DNA from: the human T2T-CHM13v2.0 reference genome, Homo sapiens
DNA length: 64,000 nucleotides
Strand: one strand, 5' to 3'
NCBI RefSeq assembly: GCF_009914755.1
Contig: NC_060928.1
In this document: positions 59,110 through 64,000 of the stretch, piece after piece
How positions within the stretch are numbered: the first letter of the stretch is position 1
Layout of the letters: the number at the start of each line of letters is the position of its first letter
Program-made: the position numbers and the translations under genes
The notes under the pieces: model-generated
The model's input: only the letters and a program-made list of their open reading frames with translations
Database searches by the model: none
Told to the model about the DNA's origin: nothing

Positions 59110-59275
59110 GGCATGGTGGGGAAATAGGAAGGTATCTGGATTGACATAAATCCTGAGCCCTTGTCCTGGCTCTGACCCTTTCTAGTTATCAGACATTAGG
59201 CAAATCACTGAACTTCTCTGAGCCTGTGTTCTCACCTGCAAGATGAAAGGGTTAGAATAGCATGATCCCAAAAGT
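59110..59275 (+). mobile_element. MIR
   Basis: 'gtcctggctctgacc...ttaggcaaatcactgaacttctctgagcctgtgttctcacctgcaagatgaaagggtt'. Confidence 0.75.
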
Positions 59276-60049
59276 ATGCTTCTATATTATAACATAGTAG
59301 CCCATGTGTAACTTTTTTTTTCCTCTTAATCTTTACAGTTTGTCAAATCTCTGCTCCATGCTTTTCTTGGGTGTAAAGAGATAATTAATTATTTCTGTTT
59401 AAAAGATTTCCTACTGTGCCACAGCTGGCACAGGTGAAAGAAATTAAGTAAGAATGCAGTAGCACAAGACATCATCACCCACTCTGCTTAATTATAGAAG
59501 TCAGAACTTGAAAATGAGATTTATGAGGATAAGTTGAAATGCAGATAATATGTTTCGGGATAATGTAGAGTTGATGATGTGTTATTTTGGAATCTTAAAT
59601 TTCCAAGTTCTGCATAAGTAAAGGATGATGGTATCATAAATCCAAGTGGAAAATGGATCCTTCAGTGTCTAGGCCAGTGAGTTTGATGTGGACCCAGTAA
59701 ACTTTTAAATTTGATAATTAATTACCTAGAGTGTGGGTACTAAGAAAATAAATAACTACAAGCTAGCAAGTCTTTTGGTTACAGCTAGGTCAGCTCAAGG
59801 AGCTGTGTGAAAATAATGGTCTTTAATTTTTACTAGGCATTTAACAAAAACATACATTATATTTTTGTCCACATGGTAGAGAAATATGGACCAAAGTACA
59901 TTCATAAGGTTGATCAAACCTACCCAAATAGTGTTCATATAAATCTAGAGAGAAGGTCTCCTTTACCGTGTTATGGTGGTCTTCTTTTATTAGCTTTTCC
60001 ATGATTGGATGTTTATTTGCTTATTATTTTTCAGTGACTGAATATGATA

Positions 60050-61102
60050 TTTTTAAGGTTCTAGATGATGATTTAGTGCTTGCATTTGTATGAATGTTTA
60101 GTGTTATCTTGAATGGCCAGGAGGATAGACTATAAACCAAGTAGGTCTACATTTTATAAGACAGGGGTTTTACATTTGAAGTTTAATGTTAAAAAATAAA
60201 TAAATAAACTACAAGTACAGAATCCTGAGGGTCCCAGCTTGACAATATTTCAAATGGAGAATATTGGTGATTGCAGTAATCTGGAGCTTAATTAATAGAA
60301 GGATAGATTTTAGGCAAAAACAGGTAATATTCCTACTATGTACTATATTGCTCAGACTTCATGATGAGTACTTAATTATGGGGAACACGTTTAAAAGAAC
60401 AATTGTCTAACTGAAATAAATTCAGCAAAATAATAAGATTGTTGAAAGTTCTCAAAATCTTGTTCAGTGAACCGTGCTTGATTTACTATCCAGATTATTC
60501 AACCAGTCTTTATTTTATGGTGGCCATAAGCCTGTTTCCCTCCTGAGAATCAAGACTTCTTCCACTATTAATCCTTGTATTTAGGGTAAAGTTGACTCTA
60601 CAGTCTGCTTCTTGGGCAGGTCAAGGGGAGTTCTTGAAATAGAATTAAGATCAGTAAAGATGCACTGTACGGCCATAATTGCTATTTATGGCCAGTGTCC
60701 ATTCTAACTGGCCTGAACCCAGTTAGTTTATATATGTTATGTTAAACCTGTCTCCCATATTTAAGTTAATCAATATATTATATTTGTCATGCCACAGGGA
60801 TTAATACTGTGGTTAATGAGAATTGGCTGGGGACATTTTCTGTCTTTTCCACTAAACTCAGAGTTATGAAGTCACAAAGCTGGGACTATCTTAACATTAA
60901 AATGGATAAATCTGTGAGGCCAACATGGGGTAGAATGTAAGACAAGTTTTGAAGATGGCAAAACAAGGTTCTAAAGATGTAATTTGAGCCTCTGGTCATA
61001 CCAAACCTGTAGCTGGTAGATCTACTCCAGTACATGGGTTAAAGAAAGAATGTTTTGCTTAAGCCAAAACCCAAAGAGCTTGAATTGACACATCATGTAG
61101 AA

Positions 61103-61146
<44 letters not shown>

Positions 61147-61420
61147 AAGATGTTTAGCTTACAAGAGGTGAGGGAAAACAAGTTATATAAGCTTATCAGA
61201 CTTCTCCTCATTATTTAGAGAGAATCAAAGGCTCTATCTGATGTAGGAAGGTAGAATTTTCAGGTAGACCGAATTGGGATCAATGAAAAAGGATGTACAT
61301 CTTCACAATTTGAGTTACCAGTAATAAAACAAGCTGTCTTCTGTGCTTAAAAAATATTAAAATAGAGTGTAGTTTATAAAGAATCTCATATTGAGTTGAA
61401 AGTTCTACTATCTGTTACTC
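60050..61420 (+). mobile_element. L3/CR1 3' region, interrupted by an old MLT1-like LTR (about 60470-61092) and (TA)n
   Basis: 'caggtaatattcctactatgtactatattgctcagacttc...cacgtttaaaagaacaattgtctaactgaaataaattcag...gttgaaagttctcaaaatc' resumes at 'aactgaaagatgtttagctt', as in the L3 3' consensus. Confidence 0.55.
61106..61141. repeat. (AT)n microsatellite, about 18 units
   Basis: Read directly; perfect self-complementary run. Confidence 0.95.
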
Positions 61421-62447
61421 AAATCCTTAGAATGTATTAACTAACTACTGTGCCAGACATACCAGGCACTTTATATAAATTTCCTGTAAAGTCAGTACCA
61501 TTATGAACTGAAGAAACCAGGGAGTAACAATGTTGAATAACTTGCCCAAGGTAAAGAAATCTAGTAAGTATCAATCAATGAACAACAAACCCTATGTGTC
61601 TGACTTTTCTTTCCACTAACATTCTAGCAATACCTGGATTTTTTATGAATTCAAAGTAATTATACAACTCCCCTGTTGTCAGTATTTTAGCCATGATTTA
61701 CATAACAGAAAAATGAAACAGTTTAGTTCAAAATGAATTATTTTTGATTTAGGGACAGTAAGGAATTTCTAAAAATGCACTAAAAGCACTTTAGTACGTA
61801 AATTCCATCATGACTAAAAGGTGCCATGCCTATGTAAGTATAATTGTGCTGAGGTTTATACAATTCCATAAGTACTAAAAAGAGAAGTTTTTTAAAAAGT
61901 CATAAAAATGCAAAACAAATATGTTCTGATTTCTGAGAAAGCCTAGAAGAGCCCCCAGGCAATATGTATTCAAGGGCTATGTAGCCAGGTGTTCCCCTCT
62001 GGGGTTGTATTCAACGTGATTTCTTGAGAATTAAGACAGTAGTGAGGAAACACAGAAGAAAAAATTTCTGCTGTAAATAAAATCCTGATAGAAAAAGCAT
62101 ACCAGGGAATTTTGGTTGATAATTGTTTCGCTAATTTATTGCCTCTCACTTTATCTCGAAAAATAAAACATTGTTTGGCCCTTATTCAAATAATTTTCAC
62201 TAGTGCAGGAATTCTGGTAACCTGATCATATATATCTATCTTTATTATGAGATCTTCAGTTGTTTAAAGTTACCATATTTTATAATATTATATATATATA
62301 TATATAGTCAATTGAAAAACTGATGTAGTCGAGAACACACCTTGCCTAATATAACTGCTACATTGAATTCATTTACATCATAACAATTTCTCAGTTCTTT
62401 AAAACAGAAGTTTAAAAGCAGATTCATTATGTGGTTCATTAGATTGA

Positions 62448-62786
<339 letters not shown>

Positions 62787-64000
62787 TAATTATGACCCTC
62801 CTGTTTGCTGGGTGAACTCCTTAAGACTCTGCATGTCTCTGTTTTCTAATCTGGTAATGAGGATCCTAATGCTTACCTTCTTCAGAGATTATTACTGGTA
62901 TTAAATTATATTATTTTAAATGTCTCTGTCTGCCTGCAATGGTGCTGAATCAACAGTAGCTGCCTTCTCTGTTTTTCCCCAAACAAATTCTCCCCATGTC
63001 TCTCTAAGTTCTCTGCACTAATTTCAAAGTTAATGAAAAACAACTATCCATCTCTTTAATACTATTCAGATTTTAAGCCTGTGATTTTGTGTATAAACTA
63101 TTCTCAATCATACAAAACAGTGTACTTTTAGAGAAAGGGCAAAGTTCCTATTTTGTTTGTTTTAAAAAAAAAGTAAGTTAGAATGAATGGGAGTTCATTT
63201 TTAAGTCAACATCTATTTCCCTTTTTTGTCACTCTACTTTCTTTCAGAATCTTTCCATGCCACTTCCAGCAGGACTTACACGTGGGTGCCCTGGCTTCCT
63301 TAGTTGCATTGCAGAATAGTTATTGTAAACAGAAAATCTTTCACTGCCAAATTTGAACTTGGAGTAGGGGGTCTTCCCTAATTTGAGAAAGTCATTCAAG
63401 TGTGTAACTATATAGGAAATGTATTACTTTATAAGTTTGGAGAGGCTTGGAAATATTGCTGGAACACAACGAAAAAAGGAAATGAAATGAAACCTCATTA
63501 ACTCTGTCCCTAATTCTTTTGTAAGCAGATAGCAGTTCCCTTGAAATGGAAAACTGGGAAAAAGGCCACAAAGAAATTATATGATTATTCTCCTAAGATC
63601 ACATAGGAATGAAGTACAACAGTTATGAGCATAAGCTAAGATGATTTAGGATGCTAAATTTTGGCTAAGCAAACATATACACTTTTCCAGCTTAGGAAGA
63701 GATTCACGTATCCAACACTACATCTTCTTTACATTTTAATTTTTACTTCATCTGAAAAATTGTAAGTTAAAAAAAAGTTGTAGATAATATATAAGAAAAT
63801 ACAAAACAAGTTCAAACCCACACAATTATTTTTCATATATTCTAGTTATTTCTCACTGATCATTTTGTTGAAAATACATGGGATATATCAATGTCCTGAC
63901 TGCATGAAAAAGAATTTCAGTGAACATCCCTAAAAGAAAAGACGCATATCCATCCTTTCTTCCCCGTACCCAGCAAAATGAGAACATAAACATTTAGTCC

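Overview
This is AT-rich primate genomic DNA, most likely human or great ape, since it carries AluJ/S/Y and L1PA elements. It is gene-poor, intergenic or deep-intronic. I find no supportable protein-coding exon, RNA gene, CpG island or CRISPR array. Every recognisable ORF in the track comes from Alu, L1 ORF2 or Tigger1 transposase debris, or is a chance ORF. Much of the window is interspersed repeat: about 13 Alus, five L1 pieces, two near-full-length Tigger1 copies in opposite orientation, hAT elements (Charlie1-type, MER58A, MER20, MER5, Arthur1), several solo LTRs, and L2/L3/MIR fossils. Three observations stand out. (1) A fossil Gypsy/Ty3-type pol fragment (RNase H end, HHCC zinc finger, start of the integrase core) lies on the minus strand at about 29.9-30.6 kb and is missed by the ORF track. 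(2) A 1,464-bp non-repeat-looking segment sits inside the second Tigger1, flanked by a 10-bp direct repeat, with fold-back inverted duplications at the right junction. (3) A young L1PA 3' end is joined, without a target-site duplication (TSD), to an old L1 through a templated palindromic filler. Repeat family names come from recalled consensus sequences and need RepeatMasker/Dfam confirmation. I see no evidence of a novel functional multi-gene system.
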